Positions 25,863 to 39,700 of a stretch of DNA of 64,000 bases are shown piece after piece. The notes under the pieces were generated by a model, which made no database searches, was not told the origin of the DNA, and saw nothing but the letters and a program-made list of their open reading frames with translations. The stretch's first letter is position 1, and each line of letters opens with the position of its first letter. A program made the position numbers and the translations under genes. This DNA comes from Chrysomallon squamiferum (taxonomy: Eukaryota > Animalia > Mollusca), in contig CM022665.1 in the NCBI GenBank assembly GCA_012295275.1, positions 33,728,001 to 33,792,000 on the forward strand, written 5' to 3'.

Positions 25863-28800
25863 AAATATGCACAGATATCTTAAGACAGGAATCAGTTAAA
25901 ACTGTTATATAGCCCTTTTAATTAACATGAAGTGATCTTTTATATAGACTTACTTAATGGATATGGTAACTGACTTTTAGAAGTCATGTCCATGAGGGAT
26001 ATGCTTTAACTACAGAACTGATCAAAGACATATTATATGTCGTTTTTAAAAAATGTATAATCAACAATCCAAAGCAGAATAACACACACCACAGCTTTTG
26101 TGGAGTATTAGCTTCTTGTAAACCAGCAGCATTTCAAAGTCTCATCCAGCTATCATTAATTTTTTATGAACAATCCCTGTCTAATCTGGATGCTGTCTAC
26201 TTCAGATTACTGGTGTAAATTCAAGAACAAAAGAACAAGTTGCAAAGTTGTAAAGTAATTAATTTTGTCAACATCAGCACACAAATTTGCAAGTACTATC
26301 ACTTCTTAAACAATAGTGGCAATTTGCACCTGATTAGACTACTTCATGAGATGAAATGATCTCACTTCTTTGAAGGCTTAATACTGCCATACTTTTTGTA
26401 ATTACTAGATGCATCTAAATGAACAAGATTATTATTGAATTCACTCATTTAGATTTAATACCAGAAAACAGAAGTCTTCATAAATACATATGGTACACAT
26501 TTTGCAGAGTCTTACTGAATATGTCGTAATGGTAGAATGTCCTAAAAAATGGCAACATATCAAACTTTTTAAAACAAAATGAACAGAAGAGTTTTCATCA
26601 AGCCCACTGTGTAAACACAAAGATTTAGCTATATGAGGTTCACTCTAGACTAGAAAAATATAGAAAAGTGAGGTTTTGTAAAGGCGAAATGAGACAATAT
26701 GATGGAACCAAGACATCGTCACAAGCCTAAAATTAAACATCTACATGTATACATTGACATTCTGTTTCTAACAAGTCAGGGCCTTTCATAAGATATTTTA
26801 CACAGACTCATGCTGCAGGTGATAAAATTATTTAACCAAAATTTTATTCTTATGTTTGTTTACAATTACATGCAGCCTGCTGTGTCCAGCATCAGACCAC
26901 TACTTATGTTGGTTTGTTAATTGTATTCTTTATTGTAGTTATAATTCTGTACAGTCAGTTGTCATGTCCATCTCAGTTAATTTAATTTGTATAAAAGTTT
27001 AAAAGAACTGTGTTTATAATTTTTATTGTCGACCTCTAATCACAACAGTAAACAATGCATTTTTGCAGCTATTCATATTGTACAGTTGGTCACATAATTC
27101 ATTAATAAATATAATTTGACAGAAATAATGCTGGGTGATTGCAAAATGTGTATTGCAAAATGTGTACGGAACCAACATTTTGAAGGAGAATAGTGACCAG
27201 CAAATTCAAAAATCCGAATGGACTGACAATACACACAATGATCCAATGACCAACATTTCATATACAGATAATCTTAAAATGATAAAACAAATAAAAAAAT
27301 GTTCCTGCTACTACAGAAAGCAGACTTTCACAACTGATGTTAAACATGGAGGCCATGACAGAGGAGTTTGCTTTGGAGAAAAATATTAAAGAAAAAATGC
27401 AGTAACAGACTGTTTCTCAGCTGACTCAGTAGATGTTTAACTGTAACATTTGTAATACAACATAATCCAGTTTCATGTTTAATCTTTATAAACCAGCACT
27501 CTGTCTAAAACAGCATATCTCACTGGTCCCAAGTGAATCCAGTTTTGACAATCCACTGAATATACATTAATGAGAACTGAACTTAGACAAGTGTTTTCCA
27601 GTGGTGTTACAGTTGCATGCTTTTTGTTTAATTATGAACATACCATTAGTGTAATCATGAATAAAGCATGATACATTGACAGTGTGATGCAACTGATACG
27701 GGTTTATTATAAAAATTAAACTGACAGTATGTTATCACACAGGTGGGGTGGGTTTGCTATGGAAACACTATGATACACTGACAGTATGTTGTGAGACAGG
27801 TGAGGTGGGTTTGCTATGGAAACTGGCATACTATGCTGTAATACCGGTTAGGTGGGTGCCTGGTGGAAACACTACTGATAAAATGCGATGTCGTATTAAC
27901 ACATTTACAATAAGCTGACAGCAATATTCTGGTATGTGTTCTGCCTTAAGCTAATTGATCACAAGTTTATTATGTATATGTTTCTGTTTATCACCATGGT
28001 GCAGAAGAAAACACTGAAATCTAATGGTTCATTTTCTGCCATTAGTTTAATGAAGGAATTATGACTTCCAATAAAACGCAAAAGTAAAATACATGTATTT
28101 CTTTTATAACTACAGTTATATTTACAACACTTTTAATATAGTTATAGAATTTTTCACCAGTTCCAACTATTTTCACTACTTGACCAGTCATCTGATAAAA
28201 AAGATATGTATGGAAGAAGTAAACAGTTTGAAAATATAAATTAATTATTATTGGACGTATTTAAGCATTTGGAACTGTTAGGGAAAATGTGGTTTATCAT
28301 TAATGGTAATGGAAAATAGTCAAGAGTCATTTCTTTAGTCAAAGATTATTTATTAATCATTGATTATTTTGACTTTAAAAAGAAAGCAATCAGTATTTTT
28401 GGTTTTATTTCCCTGCAAGTTTGGTATACTATCCAAGCCTTACATGTAATACATAAACTAGTGTGGACCACCTACAACAAAGGACACACAAGGTCACAAA
28501 GCATAATCAGTGTGATATTCTTTATATGCTACAGTTAACAACTTTCTGTTATTTTGTCTAAAACTGCAGTTTGTGGTTATTTTACCGCCATCTTTACATT
28601 TGTTAAAACTGGAGTAGAAGGTTCTACAGATGAATTTTTATACTGGTGTAAAAAGAAACTAGCTGAATGGTATTTGAAACATAGATGTGTTTAGCAATGG
28701 ATATCCTTTTAATACTATAACTACTGTAGTAAATCAAATAGCTATGATACATTATATTGCTATAGAAGAGTGAATATTTCAAAATAAACTGTATCTGTCT

Positions 28801-29680
28801 GTAAATATAAAGCTTTTAACTTATTAGTTTTAAAAGGCCATAACTTTATTATGAATTAGTGTTAATGCGTGAATCATATTAAACCTTATGATTTGTGTTT
28901 TCTGAATAGATAACAAATTAATAATTAAAAAATCATTTTACATTATTTTAGTGAAAGATTTCATTTCATGTTTTAGAAGTAAATATCTAAAAATATTTAT
29001 AAAAAAAAAATTACAAACACTGAATAGTGACACTAAATATTTTGTGTTTTGGATTAACTAAGCATTTTACAATATTTAAAAAAAAATTTTTATGTAACTT
29101 AGTGGGAATGAATATTGGTAAATTTATTTATTTATTTATTTTATTTTATTTTTTTAAATATCTTTTGTAACAAATGAATAAATGAAATTGATTTTTTTAT
29201 TATTTTTTTAACCCAACATTATATTGGAACAAATCACATTTGTCTGTTTACACTAGCTGGGAAAGTCATCAAATGTTGCCACCATCAACCACAACATATT
29301 AATATTAGTACATGTAAACCACACACATATATTTATATGTTGTATTTTATTTCATGGCAGACTGATGCCTATTTGTATTTAACATGATGCAAACAGCTGT
29401 AATTTCAACTGAAGTGTAAATTCAAGTGACAGATTAATGTGCTTTGCCACAGACAGGATATCACCTAATGGGTCCTCAGGGGAGGCTACTCTGAATGTGA
29501 CCAGCACCTCCAGCAATAACTCTGTCATTTAGCAAACATTTTCTTCTTTCCTTGTTAGAAGTAAAGACATAATTGACAACATTCCATTATTTTCAGATAT
29601 AAGAAATCAAAGTATGTAGTGACTATGAAGCTGATAACTTAGTGATGAGTTTTGTAAGGATTTGTTTTTATTTATTATTA

Positions 29681-29715
<35 letters not shown>

Positions 29716-30135
29716 TATTGTTATTTATTTGTATTTGGTTAGATTTATTCAGCAAAAATGTATGATAGTTGTTATTGTTTATTATTGTGGTGATGGTGAA
29801 GGTAGTGATGGTAGCAGAATCAACAGTAGTAGCAGTAGTAGCTGTAGTAGTGACAGAAGTAATATTAGTAATAGCTGTTGTATAGTTGTAGTAGCCATTG
29901 GATTAGTAGTTTTAGTTGTAGTAGAGATTGTAATAGATTTGTTATTGTTGTTATTTTATATTATTATCATTATTGTTGATGTTATATTATTATTATTACT
30001 ATGTCTATGACTATGTCTTTCTTTCTATTGTCACACATCTCTTACTACACATCAAGAGACATGAGAAGATTGTTTTCTTCAACTGATTAATTTCTATGCA
30101 GATTCTTTTTTTCCACTTTTTTCCATCCTCTGTTT

Positions 30136-30182
<47 letters not shown>

Positions 30183-33100
30183 TATCACTCAGAGTTTATT
30201 TGCCAGGATATCAGTCTAGTGGACTTAGGTCTAAGTCTGTCATAATTGCTCTCAGAAGTCTCCTGTGAGTTTCGTAACTCACCAGAGTCTGGATTTATCC
30301 AATATAAACTGACACAATCCTGATCAATTGCATTACTCAATCCAGAGTGAAATAAATATGTATCCCTGAAGAATTCTCCAATGCTGCTCACTTCATCAGC
30401 CAATTTGCTCTTATTATCAATGGCTGCTATGTTGATGTTGTTGGGATATAAAATAATTTGCTGATACATTAGAGATATTTAGTGTTGTGTTAAACTTTTT
30501 TTTTTTTCAAAACTGAATTTTTATATTTTAAATTGATTAAGTGACAAGTTTAAATAATAATTGCTGCTTAACTAGAAATTTCAAACGCAGAAACATGAAG
30601 TGAAGTAAACATTTTAAAATTTTAAATTAAGTAAGGATCTTTATTAAAACTAATAATAAAAAGTTAATACTCTGAATCATTTCTGAAGTTTTGTGTTAAT
30701 GAACTAATTAAGAACTTACATTAAAACACTAATATTCTGAAAAAAATTAAATTAAATTAAATCCATTAAGTAGAAAGCTTAAATAAAATATTGAAATTTT
30801 CAGCATTAAAAGAATTTAAATGAACTCTGAATTACTAAACTGATTAAGTATTAACTAGAAATTTAGAACTACTAAAACATTAAAGATATACTATTAATTC
30901 AAAATCTTTGATAAATCAGTTTTAATACTTCAAAAATGTTTATATAATTTAAACTTCCATACAGGACAATATTTATGAGGTTTGTTTCATTTGTTTGTTT
31001 TTGTTTTTTTTTAAATAAAGAAATTTCTGATAATATAATATTAAAACAGGACGAAACAAAAAACAGAATAACAGATTTTTGAAATAATATTCTTCAGTTT
31101 AATTTAAAATGTGACTGCAGATTAATTATTTCATTCTTACAGTTTTTGTAAAATTTATTTTATATTCAGCTGCAACAAATAATTATGTTGTTTAATAAAA
31201 CCGTCTTCTGTGAAATCTTTATACAGTATACAACTTATGCAACAGTATACATAAGTATGAAAATGCTCACTTTTCATTTTAAAAAGATCAGTATAACCAC
31301 TGCTGAACAAGTTGTTTGGTAAGCCAGGGTATTTATGCTTTCTCGGTCTGTGCTAACAAGGAGTGAAAATATTGATAACCAGTCAGCTGTCTGCAATCAT
31401 TCAATTTAATACTGTCTGGACACTCAGATTTAATTGCTGTTTTGTCCACGTATCTGTAAAATGCCATCAACTTTCTGTATAAATATGAAATTTTCATAAC
31501 TACAATTATTTTCACTGCACTCAATGTGAAGATTGTTTCTGGTTTGTTACTGATGGTTTCATTTCTGCCAGACTGACTCTATATTGCTAAGTTAACAATC
31601 TGCATTATGAGGCATCCCTGTTGACTTTCCCTATTAGTACCATCTCCCTGCCCTTGTTGACATCTCTGCTCACAATTGCTGCTACAAAAACTAGTGTGTC
31701 CCTTGATGCTTCGTAACATTCACCAGTTATCTATACAGTTCTGAGATTGTCAGGTAGAGCTCTACATAGCATTCACCAGTTATCTATACAGTTCTGAGAT
31801 TGTCAGGTAGAGCTCTACATAGCATTCACCAGTTATCTATACAGTTCTGAGATTGTCAGGTAGAGCTCTACATAGCATTCACCAGTTATCTATACAGTTC
31901 TGAGACTGTCAAGTAAAGCTCTACATAGCATTCACCAGTTATCTATACAGTTCTGAGACTGTCAGCTAGAGCTCTACATAGCATTCACCAGTTATCTATA
32001 CAGTTCTGAGATTGCCAAAAAACTACATAACATTCCCAAATTATACTTGTACATTTTCTGAGATTATCAAAAAGTCTGTTATGATGGTTTAAGAGAGTAT
32101 CAAGCCAAAAGCCTGCCTTTATAATGAAGAAGAATGGAAGATGGCTTGTGTGAATTAATAAGAGTGATAAGGATACAAAACTTTGTATTGCAGTTGAACA
32201 GATAATATCTCATTGTACTGTCTGAGATAATAGAATAATAAGAACAAAAATAGAGTCAAAATATCAGAAACACACATAATTTGATAAGAATTTATTCATG
32301 TTTTTGAACAATGTTTCTATACTTAATGGTTTTTGTTTGTGCTTTCACTCCTTTTTTTTCTCATTCTTTTTTTAATACTCTTTGAGAATATTTTGGCTTT
32401 CAGTGTAAAATGTTCAAATTTTTCATAATTGTATATATATTACTGTATGTTTGTATGTGCATAATGCCTGTCTTTTATTTCATTTTTGTGTCTTTCTGCA
32501 TGGCTAGAATAATTAAGTCCCAGTGTATGTTTACATCAGTATGTTTATATCAGAATGGATACACAGAGAGATCTTTGAGAAAAAATACACACTGAAAGAA
32601 TATTACTTAAGAAAAAAGCAAACATAAAGTTGAAAAACAAGTGTATTGTTATACAAAAAGACATTTTTAAATACAACATAGATAATGCCATTGAGAAAGA
32701 TATTTTCAAATTACTTTCTGGTCTGTATTACTGTAATAAGTAAGTTTTATAATTAATCAGATGATTTGTCAATGTAGATAACTGTTTAGTTATAAAATAA
32801 TATACTTAATTATATATAATTTGTTTTACCGCTATCGTTTTAAATGTGTTTTCTACCAGTATTACATACTGAATTTTACAGACTTCAAACTGATGTTACT
32901 TTTTATGTCTTTGTTTGAAAGTTGTTAATTTGTGAATTGATTTTTGTCATTATGTCTCCAGGATGTTTTTCTTTTTCTCTTTCTTTTTATTTTATACCTT
33001 GTTTTGTCACAGTCACACACCTTCCTGACATTTTCTAAAAAAAAGAGTTAAAAGTAAATCTGTATTGAAGGATATCTATTGATCTTTGTTCATGTTTGCA

Positions 33101-33729
33101 AACTTTGAATGAATATTTGTACCATCTTCTTCAATCAATCACATTATCACTGCCAATGCTGTTGTTGTCACTTGAAAGGATTTGTTTCAAGTAGTGTTGT
33201 TGATTCAGTTGCATTCAGTTTTTGAGTATTAATCTATCATGTATTTGATTAAAATGATAAAAATAAACAGTCTGATATTGATCATAAAACAATAAAACAT
33301 ACAGGTGTTTGCACAATGATTAGTGATAAATGCATATGCTTACAGATTAAGAAGCTGTGGTTTTATTCTGTCACTGATTTTATTTCAGATTCAAAAATAT
33401 TTAAAATCAAAAATTTAAGTGGCAGTAATATTATATCTTTTTCATAGTATAGTTGTCTTTATATACATGTGTGCATGCATGTGTGTGTGTGTGTGTGTGT
33501 GTGTGTCTTTGTTTAAAATTATTGTTTTAGAATGAAACCTTACAAATTTCTTGAATCCTCAAAAATAATAATTTCAATGCAGATTAGATATTGTTGGTTT
33601 TGTAAAACTCATAAGCTTGCATTTACAAAGCAACATGCAGATGAGCCATATATAAGCTGAAAAGTTTATTCCAGAAATAGAATATTTAATAAAGAAACAA
33701 AAATGTCTGAAAAGAAAAGAAAACCCAAA

Positions 33730-33768
<39 letters not shown>

Positions 33769-36700
33769 TTTGTCTGATGTTGATGAAGAAGATTTAATTT
33801 ACTTTGGTATTTTTATCCTGTCATCGTTGAAGTGTGTTGTCCAGGATGTTGGTCTCAGCTGTGAGTTCTGGACAGAGATTAATGTTATTGGTGTACAGTG
33901 TACACCTTGTGGGCAACGCCAATTGATTAGCAACTGGGGAGCAGCTCATTGTGTATTCTAACACATGAAACAGGACAGCTTAGATCATGGTCTCTGACTT
34001 ACTGGTTTTTATTTTCAGTAGGATTTCTTTTCCAATGGTCATTTGTCAAACAGTGAAAAGATATGTTTGATTCAGTATGTACATGATGAAGACTTAGATG
34101 GATACTTTCCAGTTCCAGTCAGTCCTCCATAATTTATCATTTCATGTTTTTTCATTGTTATTGAACATTTCTTGCAAAAGAACTTTTACTGTAAATAATA
34201 GGCCTACAGGAAGCAAAATGTCCTAATTTGAAATCAAGACCCTTTACAACCTTTTATAGCAGCTACAGTTACAAATTAAGACCACTAAGTTATTTTAATG
34301 TTATTTATGCTTCAGTTTATCCTTTGACATAAAATTTACAAACAGAAATTTAAACTGAGGAACAGATAACATTTTGGTTTGTAACTGTTTTTATCTGTTC
34401 TTTACAAAGAATTTTATTTTTTTATTTTTTATAGTTTTTTAATGTTGAAATAACATAACTGAAGTATTTCCCAATGTTGAACTCACAAGATGTCATAGAA
34501 ATATTTTTAAGGACTATATACAAAAAAAGTACTGAGTATGTTTATCCTGCAAGTCTTTTCCTTTACCGTACATACTAGTTTTAACATGTTATTAACTTAT
34601 CACATTGTCTGCTAAATATTAAATTATTTAATATAAAAATTGTTAACCAATACACAGATAAAGTATTGTTTTGTTTATTATTGTTTTTCTTTCTATTGTT
34701 GTTGGGGTTTTTTGTTATTTTTTTGGTTGTTGATGTTTGTTTCATTTTTTGGTTTTTTGGTTTTGTTTTTTGTTGATTTTTGTTACTGTTGTGTTGTTTT
34801 TTGCTCTCTTTTTTCTTTTTTTTTATTATTATTATATAAACCAAATTATTCAACATTTGTTACACTTGTATTCATAATATTTTTTTATAAACAAATCTAT
34901 TACTTTAATTTTTAACAATAGTTTCTGCAGTAAAACGTCTGTCTTCTGTAAGTTTGTACAATGCAAAAGAGTAGAAAACATCATGCTACTTTGAATGGAT
35001 GCACTGTAGTTATCTAAAAACAGATTTGTCTTTGATTAACAGTATACTGATAACCAACTCTTCAAGTTGCTTCATTCTGCTGTTGCTTTGCCTCCAATTT
35101 AAAACTGTAATTGTAATGCAGAGGACACTGACTGGTGAAACAGTCTTATCATTGTAGATATGTATTGTAATAAACATGTTTGCAGAAGCCAGTCATTGAT
35201 TTTACTGTAAGAAGTACATGTGGTTTCAATCAGCATATGTTGTTTCATATAATAATTCAGAATTTTTTTTTTAAATAAAATTTTGAAAAAATAAATGTCA
35301 TAAAGGTTTATATAGTATATGAAATTTAATGATTGTTTTAAACTAAAGAAGAATATCCTTTGAAACAAAATGTTTTTATAACTTTAAAAAATATTTACAA
35401 TATATGTAAGGTTATTATAAAGTGATTGTGCGATTCAAAAATTTTATAATTTCTGGTCTATGCATGATAGTACAATCTGTAAAAATTATTAAAAATAATT
35501 TTTTGATTTTTAAATATAATTCTTGCTGATATTCTTAATTTTCAATATGACCACTGATTTTATAATGATCCTGTATATATTTTGATATATTTGTGTGTGT
35601 GTGTGTGTATGTGTTTTTAATTAGACATCAGAAAAGACAGTTATAATGTACATTATAGTTTAACTGGAAATAATATTAAACACAAATATTATTAAAAAAA
35701 TATGGTTGAATTCGGGTTTGGCCTGCACAAAACTTCAAATAATATATATACTTAAAATTAAACACAATTTAATATTAACAGTTATAGTGCTATTCACAGG
35801 CTCATATATTCCATTCATTACTGTAAAATACTGCAATTATGAAATTATGAAAAATCGTATTTTGGGGCCAAGTTAATCTTACAAAATTATTCAGTGGTCA
35901 GAATCCATTAAGCACTCAACTTTTGTCCTTTTATTCTATTACTTTAGGCTAAAAAGTCTTTGAAAAAATAATTCATCTATAATTGCATTTGAGAATGATG
36001 ATTTGGGGAACATTTTTGTCTACATTGTTATGATCTCATAAGCACCAGTGTGTTATAATCAAGAATTTTATCAAGCTGCTGTTTCATGCTAGTTTAATAA
36101 TTGGATGTTATTATTAAGACATCATATAGCTGTTAATATTGGCATGAGATTGTTAAATTTAGAAATGTATCAATGGGCACTGGCACATGAGTTCATTACC
36201 ATAGCAAATTGCAGTAATGACAGATCCAGTGGAGAGAGGAGAAGCCATTACCTTTATTTGGATCACAAGAGCAAATATCCTTGGCCAGTTGCAGTAGACA
36301 TTTCCAATTAGGTCAGCGATATCTCAATAAACATTGCTAGAAACAGCAAAACAGCACTTACAATGGAATAATACAAGGGCTGACATCTGTAGTGCTGGCT
36401 TCCTTAAGCTTTCTTGTCAATTACTTTGTCAGTCTCAGTTTGTGCTGTTGACAGCTTGCTGCTCATCACTGGCAAATTTCATTTGACTTCATTCATATGT
36501 TTCCCTATCTGTAAACTTCTGTGTCCAACAGCATAAGTATTATATGTTCTGGGAAATGGATAAAATTTCATTCATTTATGTTTTCTACTAGTATATTTTA
36601 ATATTTAAAAGCCAAAGTATTTTTTTTGCATTATTCATTTATACATTTTCCAACTGTAAATTTTTACATCCAACTGCCAAAGCATTCTGTGCTGAATGTT

Positions 36701-39700
36701 ATTTATTCACATATTAACAGCTGTAATAAATGAAAAACTGATTATTTGATATAGAAATTGATTAGTAACTGTATTCATTTGTTCCTAACAGAAAACAAAT
36801 CTAATTTATATGAAATGAAGCCATTTTAATCTTTTTTTTTTCTTTCTTTCTTTTTTTATGTTGTACAATGGACATTGAGTAAGCCACAAATTAGAGAGCA
36901 TTTAAATTAGAAATTACAATATTCAGTTTATATGAATGCCATGCCTTTTAATGAATTTTATAATAATGCCTATTACCTTACTGAAAAATGTATATAATTT
37001 AGTAAAAATTCACACCATACTGTTATTTCCAGTGTATGCTTTTAATTCATCAGCATCTTAGCCAAATATTATTATAATCTTTGCTAACAGGTACATCCTG
37101 GAATAATTAACATAGTTTTAATTCAGTTGTTGTTTAGGTTTTTTGAGTATATCTGCTCATTATAATTAATCAAGTTTAGATAAATATTTTAGATTTATTT
37201 AGTGTTTTTCCTGGTGCAGGCAAATATAGACTAGTATGTTGTTAGCAAATTTAATTCATTTTGTTTTCCATTGTTTAACTCAAAACTATTACTGACATGT
37301 AAGTTCACAGTAGTATATTCTAGGAACATATAATGCATTTTTCCTTGACCAGACATATTATTATTAAAGAAATGGGAACAGAAATATGTTCTAAGTAAAT
37401 TTAAGTTTTTGCACAGTATTAATGAAATGAATGGAGATGTACTTTTTTCATGCAAAAATTTGTAATATGATTATTTAAACATTATACAGTTATAATTCTT
37501 GTTTCATTTGATTTTGTTTTTAATTTTTTGTTTTTAATGTATTTTATTTCTTACAGGATGGAAAACTTCGAGACACACTGATGATAGGTCAACAAGATAT
37601 TCCCCTGGAAGAAAAGACACTGTCTGTTTGTTTTGGTACTGACTTTGTCAATGTGGAATGGATTAATTTTGTCAGTGCTCACAGAGAAACAGCAAAGGTA
37701 AAAATCTTTGAATACCACTATTACAGTCCTGATTTTTGGCCTCTTCTGTACCTTTAAGTGTCACAATACACTAAGTTGTAACAGAATATATTGTACGTTG
37801 TCTTCAGGATGCTTTTGTGACATTTTTTTACCCTTAGATGGCAGTACCCACATTGATAGTGACGAGGTTGATTTATAAAAAGCTTGCTTGTTTATTATAT
37901 ATTATTTTCCCAGTTGTATAGTTAATGTAATGAGATGTATGATTTATACCAAGAAAAATATTAAATAAACTGAGTTTGTTATTGATCTCAGAAAAAGTGG
38001 ATTAATAATTAAAAAATGGCTGTCAAATGTTGACATTAAAAAAGATACTAATTACAGATTTGTAAAAGAAAGGAATATGCACAGAAAAATGACAAGAAAA
38101 AATACATAGCTTACATGCCTATATTTAAACATGTACACAGTTAGCTCTCTCTCTCTCTTTCCATTTATCACCCTTTGTTTATCTCTGTCTCTCTCCCTTT
38201 TCTTTATTTCTCTCTGCTTTATTTTTTTATTATTATTATTTTTTTATCTCTCTCTTTCTCTGGGTTTAAAACAACAGAGCCTGAAAACTAATTTTTTTAA
38301 AAACAAAAAGGAAAATCCCACTTATTGTCATTTGCCTGCATTTTCATTTAATATTTTCACAGGAATGGGCAGACAATATTTTCCAGTATTCTACAAATCT
38401 TCTCGCTCAGAATGCCAGTGCACTCACTTTTCTGGAAAAATCATACACACGACTGTCTGTTGTGCTCAATCAGGATGGAAAAATACCTATTAAAAAGTAA
38501 GTTTTCTTTTCAGTCTTTTTATAGTAGAAAAAGAAAGAGACTGAATGTCAAAGAAATAATCCTTTGTCACAGCTATCCAGTCTTTGTTAATATTAAGGTA
38601 TGATAACATTTTTCTCATATATTTTAACTGAATTTTATAAATATTAATGTCAGAAATCCTTGACAGACTATGGATATCACAACTTTGTAATGATTTACTC
38701 ACTTTGTTGGGTTTCTTATCTGTTTTTCATGTACAGTATAACAGAGGAAAATACCAGTCACTACTATGTATATTCAAGATCTTGTCATAGAACTGTCATT
38801 CTTTATTTATATTAGCAAAATGATAAACACAAAACTGTATTTTTAGGTGACATACAGCATGATAGAATACTATAGTTAGTATGATTTACATCTAAAACTA
38901 AGTTTTAGCAGTTCTTAGTGATACATATAGGTGAAAAAGCTTGCTTGTTTATTATTTATTATTTTCCCAGTTGTATAGTTAATGTAATGAGATGTATGAT
39001 TTATATCAAGAAAAATATCATATAAACTGAGTTCATTATTGATCTCAGAGAAAGTGGATTAATAATTAAAAATGGCTGTCTTTATCAAGTTATCAAATGT
39101 TGACATTAAAAAATATAATTGATTGAATGTACAAATGCCAGTATATCTTGAATGGAAATTGTTAAGTTAATAGTCATGTTTGTATGATTGATTGTTTGCT
39201 TGAGGAAAAATGGTAGATTTATGTAAATATTCAGAACTGTTCAGTTGTATATGAAAATAGATTAGAACATAACAATAAAACATATATATAGACATGAAGA
39301 AAATACTAATTACAGATTTGTAAAACAAAGGAATATGTACAGAACATGTGCAGGGTGAAATTCCTTCATTTTATAAGTGTCCCTAGATACTTTTAAGGAT
39401 CCTGGAACCATATATCCATGTATAAAGTAGACCAACTGTAATAAAAAATATATTTTTAATATAACTGATGACCAATAAATAGCAATAGTTAAACAATAAA
39501 GACATCATTTCATTTGAAAATCCAAAAAGCACATATTTATTTCTGTCTTTAAAAATTAATCATGTATTCTCTAAAGCATAGTTCAATGTTAAGATTTCAG
39601 AAAAAAAGCTTTTACATTTTCCTGCAAATAATTTGAAGAAGAATTTAATGATGTGCAAAAACCATAGATGTGCACATGACAACAGCAAAGTAGCTACTGT

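Noticed and set aside
29642-30010. 122-aa hydrophobic ORF with a signal-peptide-like start
   Set aside because: Made of (TTA)n, (TAG)n and (TTG)n simple repeats; no recognisable domain
30185-30469. 94-aa minus-strand ORF in non-repetitive sequence, a possible nested gene
   Set aside because: No recognisable motif or partner exons; not supportable without BLAST or RNA data
31716-32070. Regular repeat array that superficially resembles CRISPR
   Set aside because: Head-to-tail units with no unique spacers, no cas genes, eukaryotic intron
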